64,000 bases of DNA from a plasmid. Below, in pieces: positions 45,878 through 56,183 of this stretch; position 1 is the stretch's first letter, and every line of letters starts with the position of its first letter. The position numbers and the translations under genes were made by a program. The notes under the pieces were generated by a model. That model was not told the origin of the DNA, ran no database searches, and saw nothing but the letters and a program-made list of their open reading frames with translations. Where the stretch lies: sequence record NZ_CP067424.1; one strand, written 5' to 3'.

Positions 45878-46525
45878 TCAGCCCCGGTCCGGCCCGCCGA
45901 TCATGGCCAGGAACTCCCGGCGGGTTGTCGGGTCGGCCTGGAACGCGCCGAGCATGCGGCTGGTGACCATGCTGACACCTGGCTTGTGGACGCCGCGCGT
46001 GCTCATGCACTGGTGCTCGCCCTCGATCACCACCGCGACGCCGAGCGGCTGGAGCACCTGCTCGATCGTGTTGGCGATCCGCGAGCTCATCTTCTCCTGG
46101 ATCTGCAGGCGCTTGGCGTAGGCTTCGACCACTCGGGCCAGTTTGCTGATGCCGACGACGCGGTGCCTGGGCAGGTAGCCGACATGGGCCCGGCCGATGA
46201 TCGGCACCATGTGGTGCTCGCAGTAGCTCTCGAACCGGATGTTCCTCAGCACCACCATCTCGTCGTAGCCGTCGGTCTCCTCGAAGGTGCGCTGCAGCAG
46301 CCCGACCGGATCAACGCCGTAGCCGGCGAAGAACTCCCCGGACGAGCGCACGACCCGGTCGGGCGTGCCGAGCAGGCCCTCGCGGTCCGGATCGTCGCCG
46401 GCCCACAGCAGCAGGGTACGCACCGCGGCTTCGGCCTGGACCCGGGTCGGCCGGCCGGCTGCGGCGTCATGGCTGTGGCCGGGATCCGGTTCGGCAAGGC
46501 TTTTCAGGACGGGAGCGGAACCCAT
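45878..46525 (-). CDS. folE: GTP cyclohydrolase I
   Basis: …[29 protein letters not shown]…[15 protein letters not shown]…, the canonical FolE active-site motifs. Confidence 0.9.
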   Translation of the reverse strand: MGSAPVLKSLAEPDPGHSHDAAAGRPTRVQAEAAVRTLLLWAGDDPDREGLLGTPDRVVRSSGEFFAGYGVDPVGLLQRTFEETDGYDEMVVLRNIRFESYCEHHMVPIIGRAHVGYLPRHRVVGISKLARVVEAYAKRLQIQEKMSSRIANTIEQVLQPLGVAVVIEGEHQCMSTRGVHKPGVSMVTSRMLGAFQADPTTRREFLAMIGGPDRG

Positions 46526-46721
46526 GGATGTCTCCGGAGATGTCAGCGTCAGCGCCTCGGGCGTGCGCGCCAGACTGGCCCCGGCATGTTAAAGATCCTA
46601 TAACTTCAAGGTATCTGATCGAAACGGAGAGCTGATCGCCGGGGTGAACGCTATTCGGGCTGCGATGCCCAGGCAGGAGTCACAGCAACGCATTCCCGGA
46701 TAGGAGCCTGGCTGCTTCCAG

Positions 46722-47894
46722 GTGTCGGCACCGGGCCGGGATTTCGCCACCGAGAAACGCAAGGCACAGATGGACGAGAAACCGGACCCTGCCGACGATC
46801 CCGAGCGGCTCGCGGCCCTGCACGATTACCAGGTCCTCGACACACCGCGCGAGGCCGCCTTCGACACCCTGGTCGAACTCGCCGCCCGGATCTGCGCGGT
46901 GCCGGTCGCGGTGATCAACCTGGTCGAGAGCCGCCGCCAGTGGTTCAAGGCCGAGCTTGGCCTGGGTGTGCGGGAAACCCCGATCGACGTGTCGATCTGC
47001 CGCCACTTCCTGCTGCGGCCCGGCCTGACCGTCGTCCCGGACACGCTGCGCGACGAGCGCCTGTGCTGCAATCCCCTGGTGACGGCCGACGACGGCCTGC
47101 GCTTCTACGCCGGCTGCCTGCTGCAGACCGCCGACGGGCACGCCATCGGTACCCTGTGCGTGCTCGACCGGCGCCCGCGCGACCTCGACGCGGACCAGCG
47201 CTTCGCGCTGCGGGCGCTGGCGGACCAGGTCATGGCCCAGCTCGAGCTGCGCCGGACGCTGCGGCAGAAGAGCCGGCTGCTGGAGCGTCACGAGCTGCTG
47301 ATCCGCGAGGTCAACCACCGCACCAAGAACAACCTCCAGCTGATCAGCAGCATCATTAGCCTGCAGCTGCGCTCGATCGACGATCCGGCGGCGCGGGCGG
47401 CGCTGCTCGACACCGGCAGCCGCATCCGCAGCATCGCCGCGGTGCACGAGCAGCTCTACCGGGCCGACCAGGTGGGCGCGGTGGACCTCGGCACGTTCCT
47501 GCAGGCCCTGGCCCCGGGGCTGCAGTCGTCGGCGCCCCACGGCGTCACGCTCACCGTCGAGGCGGCCCCGGTCCCGGTCCCCCTCGACACGGCGGTTCCG
47601 GTCGCGCTGATGGTCAACGAGTTCGTCACCAACGCGCTGAAGTACGCCTACGGCGAGGGCACGGGCGGTCCGGTCCGGGTCGTGCTCCGGACCGTCGGCG
47701 GGCGGGTCGAGCTCGTGGTGCGGGACCATGGCCGGGGACTGCCGGCCGACTTCGACCTGCGGCGGAGCCGCTCGCTGGGCATGCGCATCATCCTGTCGCT
47801 CGCCGGGCAGATCGACGCCGCCGTCGTCATCGGCAACGCCGATCCCGGGACCGAGTGCCGGGTGAGCTTCGGCGCGGCGGTCCCGTCCGCCTGA
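46722..47894 (+). CDS. Sensor histidine kinase, GAF domain plus HWE/HisKA_2 kinase
   Basis: N-terminal GAF (…VINLVESRRQWFKAELGL…HFLLRPGL…GTLCVLDRRPRD). H-box EVNHRTKNNLQLISSII typical of HisKA_2/HWE kinases. C-terminal ATPase region. Confidence 0.8.
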   Translation: MSAPGRDFATEKRKAQMDEKPDPADDPERLAALHDYQVLDTPREAAFDTLVELAARICAVPVAVINLVESRRQWFKAELGLGVRETPIDVSICRHFLLRPGLTVVPDTLRDERLCCNPLVTADDGLRFYAGCLLQTADGHAIGTLCVLDRRPRDLDADQRFALRALADQVMAQLELRRTLRQKSRLLERHELLIREVNHRTKNNLQLISSIISLQLRSIDDPAARAALLDTGSRIRSIAAVHEQLYRADQVGAVDLGTFLQALAPGLQSSAPHGVTLTVEAAPVPVPLDTAVPVALMVNEFVTNALKYAYGEGTGGPVRVVLRTVGGRVELVVRDHGRGLPADFDLRRSRSLGMRIILSLAGQIDAAVVIGNADPGTECRVSFGAAVPSA

Positions 47895-49009
47895 ACCGGG
47901 CTCCGGAAGCCTTGGGCAACGGCATCGTCGTGACCCGGCAGCCGACCGGGCCAGGGTCGTTCGGCGACAGACGCTTTCGTCGGCAACCGCTTGTTAGCTG
48001 CCCGGCCCGTATCCTCCGGTTCGCTTATCATGAGGTTGACCGCGTGCCTGCTCCCTTACCCGTCGAGACCGATACCGAACTGCGCTACGCCGTGGCGCTG
48101 TCCTGCGAGCTATCCCGCAAGCGCCGCCGGTCGCTCTACGATGCCTGGTTCGCCGCGCGGGCGATCGCCCTGGAGATCCGCCCCGAACTGGATGAACTCG
48201 AGGCCGGCCGCCGCGCGATGATGATCATCGCCTGGATCATGGTCCGGCAGGATGGCGACGCCCGCCCGTCCGGCGAACCGCTTCGCCTCGCCGGGTAAGC
48301 CCCGGTCCGGGAGGGTCGCACCTTGCCCCGCCAGCCATCAACCGCGGAGCAGAGAGGCCCACGCCAGGGCGGTGGCGTGGGCCTCTCGTTCCGACTTCAC
48401 TGCTTGCTTGTCAGACGGTCGCCATACCAGCCAGAAAGGCGACACGGCTTCAACGGCCTGAGGGGCGTGACAGGCGCGTCTTCCAACTGAATTAAGTCTT
48501 TTGGGTGGAACCGGCTGGTGGCCCAGGAGGTGCGAATCTCCTCCTGGACAGGATGAACGGGGACGACGCCGGGGTCTCGTAACGGACAGGTGCTATACTG
48601 CCGCCGGGTCTGCAACGCGTGTCAGGGCCGGGCCATCACCGGTCCCGGCCAGACTCCCCGGTTGAAGCACCTTTAGCGAGACAGACATGAGGCACTGAGC
48701 ATCGGGATCGTTGTGCCAGGAAGGGTATGTCATGTCGGTTCGATTTCAGATCGCTTCGCTGGTTTTCATGATGGTCGATGCCGTGGTCTTTGATTTCGGT
48801 GCCGTTCTCGTTCCCGGCATTCCCGTGCTGGCCGCCAACGCGCAGATCCAAGTCCCGGTCGTCGTTGCCAGTGTTCTTGTCTCCACGCCCTGTCCTGGGT
48901 GATCGCGCCCCGCCTTCGGCTGCGCTACCGCCAAGATTTGCGCCGTTACGTGCTTTAGCAAGGGCACTCGGGAGAGGGCCGACGCGTGTGAACTGACTCG
49001 CTCCCGTCT

Positions 49010-49309
49010 TCAGGACGTTGCCAAGGCGCGGACCTGCGAGACGATGACCTGGGACACGTCGTCCAGGCGTGCCGCCAAGTTCTTCAGCCGACCTGCCGAC
49101 CCCGGGGACCGCACATCCAATGTGTCGATCTCCCGGCGCAGGGCCTCGATGACCGGCCCTAGGGCCAGGCAGAGATCCTGTTCGGTTTGTCCCTGGAGCC
49201 ATTGGGCCAGCTCCTCGATCTGGTCGAGGCCGCCGAGCACGGTGGCTTTGTCCTTCTCCAGCCGGACGCGGAGCACGTCCAGGCGGCGGGCGGCGAGTGT
49301 CGGGTGCAT
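49010..49309 (-). CDS. Hypothetical protein (99 aa) immediately downstream of the MCP gene
   Basis: ORF MHPTLAARRLDVLRVRLEKDKA… in the same orientation as the MCP. No motif. Confidence 0.3.
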   Translation of the reverse strand: MHPTLAARRLDVLRVRLEKDKATVLGGLDQIEELAQWLQGQTEQDLCLALGPVIEALRREIDTLDVRSPGSAGRLKNLAARLDDVSQVIVSQVRALATS

Positions 49310-49388
49310 GGTTTTCGATCTCCTCAGGGCGGATCGGAAGGGGCGCGGGGCCGGCCGCTCCGCGACGGCTGGCCCGCTCTTTGCTGAT

Positions 49389-51467
49389 TCAGGCGGCGCG
49401 GATGCCGGCGAGGAAGCGCTCGACCTCGCGCCGCAGCGCCTCGGCCTGGCGGGCCAGCTCGCCCGACGCGCCCAGCACCTGGGATGCTGCCGCGCCGGTC
49501 TGGCCGGCCGCTTGCGTGACCTGGACGACGTTGCCCGACACCTCGGCCGTGCCGGCCGCCGCCTGGGCGACGTTGCGCGAGATCTCGGCCGTCGCCGCAC
49601 TCTGCTCCTCGACCGCGGCGGCGATCGTGGTGGTGATCTCGTTCATCTCGCCGATCGTGCCGCCGATGCCCTGGATGTCGGCCACGGCTCCGTCGGTGAC
49701 GGCCTGCATGGCCGCGATCTGGGCCGCGATCTCCTCGGTCGCCCTGGCGGTTTGGGTCGCCAGGTTCTTGACTTCCGAGGCGACCACGGCGAAGCCCTTG
49801 CCGGCCTCGCCGGCCCGGGCCGCCTCGATCGTGGCGTTCAGTGCCAGCAGGTTGGTCTGGCTGGCGATCGACTGGATCAGCCCGACCACCTGGCCGATCC
49901 GGCCGGCCGCCTCGGCCAGGCCCCGGACCGTGTCGTTGGTCCGCCCGGCCTGCTCGACCGCCTGGCCGGCGATGCCGGTCGAGCGCACCACCTGGCGCGA
50001 GATCTCCTGCAAGGAGCCGGTCATCTCCTCGGATGCCGCCGCCACGGTCGAGACGTTGGCCGACGTCTGCTCGGCCGCGGCCGCCGAGGCGGTGGCCTGG
50101 CGCGAGGTCTCCTCGGCAATGGCCGCCATGCTCCGGGCCGTGCTGTCCAGCTCGGTCGCGGCCGAGGCCACCGTGCGCAGGATCTCGCCGACGCCGCCCT
50201 CGAAGCCGCCGATCAGCCGCTCGACCGCCGCCGCCCGCGCCTCCTTGGCGGCCCGTTCGGCCGCCTGCGCCTCCTCCAGCCGGACCCGCTCCACCGCGTT
50301 GTCCCTGAACACCTGGACCGCCTGCGCCATGGCGCCCAACTCGTCCCGGCGCTCGGTACCGGCGATGACGACGGCGAGGTTGCCGCCGGCCAGGTCGCGC
50401 ATGGCAGTGGTCATGGATTGCAGCGGGCGGACAAGTCTTCTGCCGACGAGCAGGAACGACAAACCCGCCAGGCCGGCTCCCAGGGTGAGTGTCAGGGCCG
50501 CAACCATCATGTGCCACAGGGCAGCCCGCGACGACGTCTCGACCTCCTGCCCGATCGCCCCGGTCGCCGCCTGCTGCAGGGCCAGGATGGTGTCGATCGC
50601 CCGTGTCGATGTCGCGATCCAGGCAGCGGCATCGATCGGATAGGCTTCTCCTCCGGTGCCGGCGCGGTACACGTGCCTGCGGGTTTGCTCGAAGGTATCG
50701 AAGAACCCCGACCGAACGCTGGTGACGGCAGCCGCGACATCCGGCGGCGCGTTCTCGGCGAGCCCTTGGACCATCGTCCAGGCCAGCTCGACTTGGCCGC
50801 GGTAGCCGGCGAGAAGAGCGGCCCGCTCGAGCTTCAGGGGCTCGCCCGCGGCGATGGTGCCGCCGACTTGCGCGCGTTCGCGTCCGGCGTACTCGCTCAT
50901 GATCCAGGCAAAGTGCCGTAGAGCCTGGAGGTTGGCCAGGGTGGCGCTCCGGTCCCCGGTGCCCCTCGTCACGGCCAACCTCAGGTCCTGGCTGGCCATG
51001 ATCAGTCCCGTGGCTGCCGGCACCCATCCGGACAGGACCAGGCCATCGCGCCGATCCTTCGGCAGGGCCAGGTTCCGGTCCACCTGTCGGCGGGTATCCT
51101 GGAAGGAGGCCAGGAGTTCCTCGACGGTGCGGATCCGGCCGGTCTCGCGACCGTCGTCGAGCCGGTCCAGCTCCGCCAGCGCCGTCCGGATCGCCGTGTC
51201 GGCCGCTTCGCGGCGCTGGCCGATCAGGTCGAGCGCGCCGGCAGCGGCGGGTTCGGCCGCCGCCAGTGCGGCGGCCGTGGCGCCCCGCTCGACCGCCCAG
51301 TGGCCCGCGGCTGACAGGAGCTGATCGCTGACCGGGTTGGTTTCGGCCACCAGCTGCGTGCCACGGTGGCGTGTCCAGGCGTCGGCCGCGATCCACAGGG
51401 TGCTCGCCAGAACGACTGCAGCCAGGGCACCGATCACCAGCATGATCAAACTTCGAATAGACATTAT
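49389..51467 (-). CDS. Methyl-accepting chemotaxis protein
   Basis: N-terminal TM ([22 protein letters not shown]), periplasmic sensor, HAMP, and the highly conserved MCP signalling domain (…[32 protein letters not shown]…). The ORF track start at 51608 is upstream of the likely start. Confidence 0.85.
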   Translation of the reverse strand: MMSIRSLIMLVIGALAAVVLASTLWIAADAWTRHRGTQLVAETNPVSDQLLSAAGHWAVERGATAAALAAAEPAAAGALDLIGQRREAADTAIRTALAELDRLDDGRETGRIRTVEELLASFQDTRRQVDRNLALPKDRRDGLVLSGWVPAATGLIMASQDLRLAVTRGTGDRSATLANLQALRHFAWIMSEYAGRERAQVGGTIAAGEPLKLERAALLAGYRGQVELAWTMVQGLAENAPPDVAAAVTSVRSGFFDTFEQTRRHVYRAGTGGEAYPIDAAAWIATSTRAIDTILALQQAATGAIGQEVETSSRAALWHMMVAALTLTLGAGLAGLSFLLVGRRLVRPLQSMTTAMRDLAGGNLAVVIAGTERRDELGAMAQAVQVFRDNAVERVRLEEAQAAERAAKEARAAAVERLIGGFEGGVGEILRTVASAATELDSTARSMAAIAEETSRQATASAAAAEQTSANVSTVAAASEEMTGSLQEISRQVVRSTGIAGQAVEQAGRTNDTVRGLAEAAGRIGQVVGLIQSIASQTNLLALNATIEAARAGEAGKGFAVVASEVKNLATQTARATEEIAAQIAAMQAVTDGAVADIQGIGGTIGEMNEITTTIAAAVEEQSAATAEISRNVAQAAAGTAEVSGNVVQVTQAAGQTGAAASQVLGASGELARQAEALRREVERFLAGIRAA

Positions 51468-51630
51468 TCGCACATACCCATGATCAACAAGCGAAGATGT
51501 AGAGATAGGGGCGGTCAAAAGCGACCGATACCGGGTGCGTACCCAGCAGCAAAGCTTCTTTTTCCGATCTCGACCGGATGGTTTTTTATTCACGTGTAGC
51601 TTAAGCAATAGTTTAGGACTGCATTTTCCA

Positions 51631-52035
51631 TTATTTATTCACTGCTGTGCCATCTGCTATGGTGTAGTTGAAAGGCAGTCGTCGCTCGCTGGCTGCCAGG
51701 CACGGCAGAGATCGGCGCAGCCGGACACCCGGCTCGACACCGACTGTGCCGGGTTTCGAGCCGGTGAGCGGCGGCGTTGACGGGCGGATCGGATCCGTGC
51801 AGGCCGACGGCGGCGCATCCGTTTCCGGCGTGCCGTCCTCTTCAGGGCGGGTGAACTGGTAACGACATCGCCTGCAGCGCCAGCGCTGCCGGCCCGCGAC
51901 GAAGCCGAACCGGATCACGCGGCGACTGCCGCACCGGGGGCAGCACGGGGGATTGGGGACCATCACGCCCTCGAAGTTAAGTTCCCCTGAATTACAGACG
52001 ATCCGGCCCGCGTCCGTAACTCCCCTTGCGGACAT
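51631..52035 (-). CDS. Zinc-ribbon protein resembling the N-terminal Zn-finger of IS1595/IS1-type transposases (orphan)
   Basis: [30 protein letters not shown] matches the Zn_Tnp_IS1595 pattern. No DDE domain follows. Confidence 0.45.
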   Translation of the reverse strand: MSARGVTDAGRIVCNSGELNFEGVMVPNPPCCPRCGSRRVIRFGFVAGRQRWRCRRCRYQFTRPEEDGTPETDAPPSACTDPIRPSTPPLTGSKPGTVGVEPGVRLRRSLPCLAASERRLPFNYTIADGTAVNK

Positions 52036-52098
52036 CCTGGAAATCCAGCTGCATCATCCGAAAACGCGGGGCCCTTCGAACGGCTTGAGCGACCCCGG

Positions 52099-52485
52099 TC
52101 AGCTCGGCTTGCCCTTCCGCTCGAACGCGGCGGCGATCGCCCCGACCAGGGCGGAATAGGTCACCGGCTTGATCAGGATATCGGTCGCACAGTGGCGCGC
52201 CTCCGCCGCCCGCCGGTAGTCGGCCGTGACGAAGATGATCGACACCCCGAGCGACGCCAGCTCGACGGCGACTGAAACGCCATCGACGCCGCCGAGCAGG
52301 CCGATGTCGACCAGCGCCAGATCGGGTACCTGCCGCTGCACCTGCTCCAACGCAGCTTCCGCACTCGGCGTCGGACCGACTACCGTGTAGCCGGCGTTCC
52401 TCAACATGGCCGACCAGCCGTCGGCGATGAGAGGATTGTCCTCACACACGAGAACCCGTCCGCCCTCCGCCCGTCCGACATCCAT
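52099..52485 (-). CDS. Single-domain response regulator (CheY-like receiver)
   Basis: …RVLVCEDNPLIA…LALVDIGLLGGVDG…IIFVTAD…LIKPV. Acidic pocket, phospho-Asp and conserved Lys present. 128 aa. Confidence 0.8.
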   Translation of the reverse strand: MDVGRAEGGRVLVCEDNPLIADGWSAMLRNAGYTVVGPTPSAEAALEQVQRQVPDLALVDIGLLGGVDGVSVAVELASLGVSIIFVTADYRRAAEARHCATDILIKPVTYSALVGAIAAAFERKGKPS

Positions 52486-52819
52486 GGCCCGCTCCCACGC
52501 CGCGATGAAATGAGAAGCGATCGTTGGGGTTTTTCTTTAATGATTCGTTAACTCCGAGCAAAATACGCATCCCATGGGTGGAACAACGTCTTTCACCGAG
52601 ATCGGGTCGAAGGTAAAAATCAACCTCAGCTCTCTGTTCGGGAAATCACACCCGGCCTGGTGAGGGAAGGCGAAGGCCTCCAGATCAGGAGGTCGCAGTG
52701 GGGGGAAACCCGCTCCGGAACGGGACGGAGCGGGTTTTTCCCATGGTTCCGGAAGGGATGTGCGGTCTGATCCGCCGAGGTTTGCCGTTCCTCGCGGTTC
52801 GGTGCGGGAGCGGGCCTGA

Positions 52820-53213
52820 TCATCTTCCCGTCGGGGATCGATCGCTTGTACAAGACGATGCGGGGACTTGCTGGCCCGGGCCTGCGTCGCTGTGACCCGG
52901 GTGCTGGACAGGCACGGCGTGGCGGTGGCTGGGGGACTTGGAGCCCAGTGCCCTGTCGATCGTCGCGAACAGCTTCGACGGCGACACGGGTTTGAGGATG
53001 AAGGGAACCGGCAGGGTCGGCTGGTCATCGGCCGACATCAGAACCACGGGCACGTCGAAGCGCCTCAGGACGCGTTCCGCGACATCGATCCCGGAGGAGT
53101 CAGCAAGATGGATGTCGATCAGGCAAAGCTCCGGCCGGAGACGCTCGATGCCCGCTACCGCCGCGTCGGCAGCCTCGGCGACCCGCTGGTTCGGCAGAAA
53201 TTACTGGCCTGCA
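52820..53213 (-). pseudogene. 3' fragment of a receiver-domain gene
   Basis: Frame reads …ELCLIDIHLADSSGIDVAERVLRRFDVPVVLMSADDQ…FILKPVSPSKLFATIDRALG, preceded in frame by stop codons. The N-terminal acidic pocket is missing. Confidence 0.4.
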
Positions 53214-53411
53214 CTCTACAGTGACGGCAACTTCATACAGGCGCTTCGCGGCGCAGGCCGACTGGAGGGGAGGAGCCATATGGAGTACAGGGGCTACATT
53301 TCCGGACTGATCCGGATCAACGCGGCAAACGGCACTTTCGCCGGCACGGTTGCCGGTATCCGCGACGTGATCTACTACTACAGCCGGGACTTTCCGATAA
53401 TGATCGGATCT

Positions 53412-53517
53412 GTCCCACGATATCAATAAGTTAGCTGAATCGCCTTGGTTTTGCCCTGTCCCGTAAATTATTGATATCATTGGGACTGTCGAAAAGTCCC
53501 GGCTGTAGTACTACAGC
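53412..53517. other. Dense nest of palindromes (18-bp IR GTCCCAcGATATCAATAA…TTATTGATATCAtTGGGAC, then two short hairpins) adjoining the left 103-bp repeat
   Basis: Read directly: 53412-29 and 53468-86 inverted; GGGACTGTCGAAAAGTCCC; GCTGTAGTACTACAGC. Confidence 0.4.
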
Positions 53518-53614
53518 GGATCGCGTTAAATCCGGATCGCTTTGGAGCGTGATGTCGCCCGGCAACGCCAAAAGAACGGTAGGGATGCTTCGGATTTAGC
53601 GCACGGCACTGTAA
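53512..53614 (+). repeat. About 103-bp repeat, left copy (inverted partner at 57329-57431, about 95% identical)
   Basis: TACAGCGGATCGCGTTAAATCCGGATCGCTTTGGAGCGTGATGTCGCCCGGCAACGCCAAAAGAACGG…GGATTTAGCGCACGGCACTGTAA. Internally self-complementary (GCGTTAAATCCG … CGGATTTAGCGC). Confidence 0.6.
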
Positions 53615-53859
53615 ACGAGGTGCGCCCCCGGCTCCCCGGCAAAGTGCCGGACAGGACGACTTCGCCCGGCAGATCGGACTCCAGCAAGGCTCCACCGCCG
53701 GGACGGTCGTGCCAGGCCGGGGGCATGGCACGCGGGCTTGGGCCGGATGCAGTCCAGGCAGCCAAACGGCATCAGGAAAATGCAGGTACGCATGCCGGCA
53801 CTTTCGATTGAACAGAGTTGGCATTGAGGCTGTTTGCCCAGTACGGCTGCTGTGCCGCG

Positions 53860-53921
53860 ACACCTTCTTTGGGTGTCTCCTCCCTAGACTCAGGCCGCCT
53901 GTCGAAGGCGGCCTTATTTTT
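53860..53921 (+). other. Conserved double-hairpin element, copy 2 (ACACC-TTCTTT-GGGTGT, CTCCTCCCTAGACTC, AGGCCGCC-N7-GGCGGCCT, T-run)
   Basis: Shares the CTCCCTAGACTCAGGC core and both stems with copy 1 at 23863-23926. Stem 1 differs by a compensatory pair (G/C to A/T). Confidence 0.35.
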
Positions 53922-54459
53922 GCACAAAATGGAGCGTTCGCCAATTGCAATCGAACCATCCTGTGTCGTTCTCCCGGAACCGTGCACAGGGAACAGCCTT
54001 CTCGGGGCATGGCGTCGGTCTGCCCGGGCGGGCGCTGCAGGGCGGGCACAACCGCTGGAAAATCGGAGCCCGAGCTTAGTCAACGCGGCCATCCCGGCCG
54101 GAGGACCAGCAGCCCGACGGTGTCGGTGTCGGTGACGGCATGGGCAATGATGATGTTGGCGAGCAGATCCTGGCGCCCATCGTCGAACCCACCAAGGCAC
54201 AGGCTGTCGAGGATACGGGCCAGGACAGAGTGAAGAACCCACATGAGAAGAGCCGACAGGGCCAGCCCCCAGGCAAAGGACCCGCTTCCGAACCCGTGCC
54301 AGCCGATCGAGGCGAGCGGTTGCCTTTCCCAGAGCAGGACGAGCACCACGATGGTCGCCGTCAGGACAAGAAGGTAAACCTGTCGAGGACGCGGGTGCAC
54401 AGGGCGTGCTCGGCTCCGAGGCATCGGTGACCGGACTGGCGCCGCTTGAGGCAGAACAT

Positions 54460-55956
54460 CTACCCCGGCCCCGGCAGGCGAAGCGTCCAGCGTGCACCGG
54501 GAGCGGCATCCTCGGTCCGCAACTCGGCGCCGAGCTGGCGCGCCATGCCCAGGATCACCCGCATGCCGAAGCCCGGCGTCGCCTGCCCGGGAACGAAACC
54601 GGGTGGCAGTCCGACCCCGTAGTCCCGCACGCTCAGTTCCACGCCTCCGGCGCCGGACGGGCCGAACCGCACGGCGATGCGGCGGTCGCCCTCCGCCGGG
54701 CCGGCATGCTTGATCGCGTTGGCGACGAGCTCGACGAAAACAAGCCCGAGCGCCACCGCGGTGTCGGTGGGCAGGTCTGCCGCCTCCGCCTGCACCTCGC
54801 AGACATGCTCCGGCGCCGCCTCGCCCAGGTCCCGGCACAGGGAGTGCAGGTAGGCGCCGAACTCCACCCGCTCGACGCTGGCGCCCTGGTACAGACGCTC
54901 GTGGAGCTTGGCGATGGCGCGCACCCGCGCCGCCGCCGCCTCCAGCTCCCGGCGGGTCTCCGCACCCGCGGTCTCCCGCGCCTGCAGGCCGAGCAGCGAC
55001 GACACCAGCTGCAGGGAGTTCCTGACCCGGTGGTTGACCTCGCCGAGGAGCAGCTCCTTCTGGGCCAGCGCCTCGCGCAGCTCGGCCTGGACCTGCTTGA
55101 CGGCGCTGATATCGCGCCAGGCGATCACGCCGCCGGTGACGGTGCCGTCGGGCGCCCGGATCGGCCCGGCGTTGCACAGGATGCTGAATGCCCTGCCGTC
55201 GGCGTGCCGGAGCACCCACTCCTCGCCCGTCACCACTTCGCCGTGCCGGGTGGCGCGGGTGAGCGGCAGCTCGTCCGGGGTGGCGCGGGTCACGCCGTCG
55301 GCGCGGAAGATGTCCCAGCGGCCGACGTGCTGGTCGGCCGGGATGCCCTCCAGCTCCCCGGCGGTGCGGCCGGTCATCCATGTCCCGTACGCGCTGACAT
55401 GGCGGATGGTCACGTCGGGCGCGTCGGCGATGGTGATGCCCTCCGGGATGTAGGCCAGCAGTCCCTCCAGGAGCCGTTGCGCCGTCTCCGCCTCGGCGGC
55501 GCGCGCCTCGACCGCCCGGCGCATCGTGACCTTGTCGGTCACGTCTGAGGCCAGGACCAGGACGGCCCGGACGGTGCCGTCCTCCCCGGCCAGCGGGACG
55601 TGGTCGAAGTCGTAGTAGGCGGGCTCGCCGGCGCTCGTCAGCACGGCGAACTCGCGCCGCCTGACGGTCCGGCGGGTCAGGTAAACCTCGTCGACCAGGG
55701 GCAGCCGCCCCGCGTCGGCGAACTCCGGGAACACGGCCGCGGCCGGCAGCCCGATGAACCCGCTCCCCGGCTCCCGGAGGCGCCGGTAGGCCCGGTTCGC
55801 GTAGGTGAACCGGTGATCCGGACCGTGCAGCAGCGCGATGCCGACCGGCGCCAGTTCGACCGCTTCGGTCAGGAAGGAGCCGTCCATCAGCGTCGCGAGC
55901 CCGTCGGCATCCGCTGCGTCGATCATCGGAGCGTCGTCCTCGGGCAAGCAGGCCAT
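54460..55956 (-). CDS. Sensor histidine kinase with two PAS domains and an HWE/HisKA_2 kinase core
   Basis: H-box EVNHRVRNSLQLVSSLL. PAS-like segments upstream. C-terminal HATPase region. Start uncertain (the ORF track begins at 56085). Confidence 0.8.
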   Translation of the reverse strand: MACLPEDDAPMIDAADADGLATLMDGSFLTEAVELAPVGIALLHGPDHRFTYANRAYRRLREPGSGFIGLPAAAVFPEFADAGRLPLVDEVYLTRRTVRRREFAVLTSAGEPAYYDFDHVPLAGEDGTVRAVLVLASDVTDKVTMRRAVEARAAEAETAQRLLEGLLAYIPEGITIADAPDVTIRHVSAYGTWMTGRTAGELEGIPADQHVGRWDIFRADGVTRATPDELPLTRATRHGEVVTGEEWVLRHADGRAFSILCNAGPIRAPDGTVTGGVIAWRDISAVKQVQAELREALAQKELLLGEVNHRVRNSLQLVSSLLGLQARETAGAETRRELEAAAARVRAIAKLHERLYQGASVERVEFGAYLHSLCRDLGEAAPEHVCEVQAEAADLPTDTAVALGLVFVELVANAIKHAGPAEGDRRIAVRFGPSGAGGVELSVRDYGVGLPPGFVPGQATPGFGMRVILGMARQLGAELRTEDAAPGARWTLRLPGPG

Positions 55957-56183
55957 GCGCTCAGGGTTCCCGGTCGGTGACGGCGGAAGGTCCGCCTCGG
56001 CATTGACTTGCATTATCCTCAACCGCCTTGATCCCGCAAGCTGCCCGTCGGGGGCCGGTGAACAAAAGCGGAATACCCCGTGCAAGTTGCTGGATTCCGC
56101 CGATTTTAGCTCCCCGGCGACACCGTTCCAGGCCGCGCACTGTTGCTGCCTGTGACACCCGCAACCGTTCCGGCAGAACTGAC

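Noticed and set aside
47855-48298. 147-aa ORF downstream of the GAF-HWE kinase
   Set aside because: No ATG with RBS. Only a possible 84-aa GTG-initiated product without motifs. Left uncalled, although a 12-bp-stem hairpin at 48351-48386 would fit a terminator after it.
54080-55381. 433-aa minus-strand ORF overlapping the PAS-HWE kinase gene in another frame
   Set aside because: The kinase frame (54460-55956) carries unmistakable H-box/PAS motifs. This frame is Arg/Gly/Pro-rich with no motif. Only its extreme 3' end (54080-54380) might encode a small membrane protein, and that is too uncertain to call.
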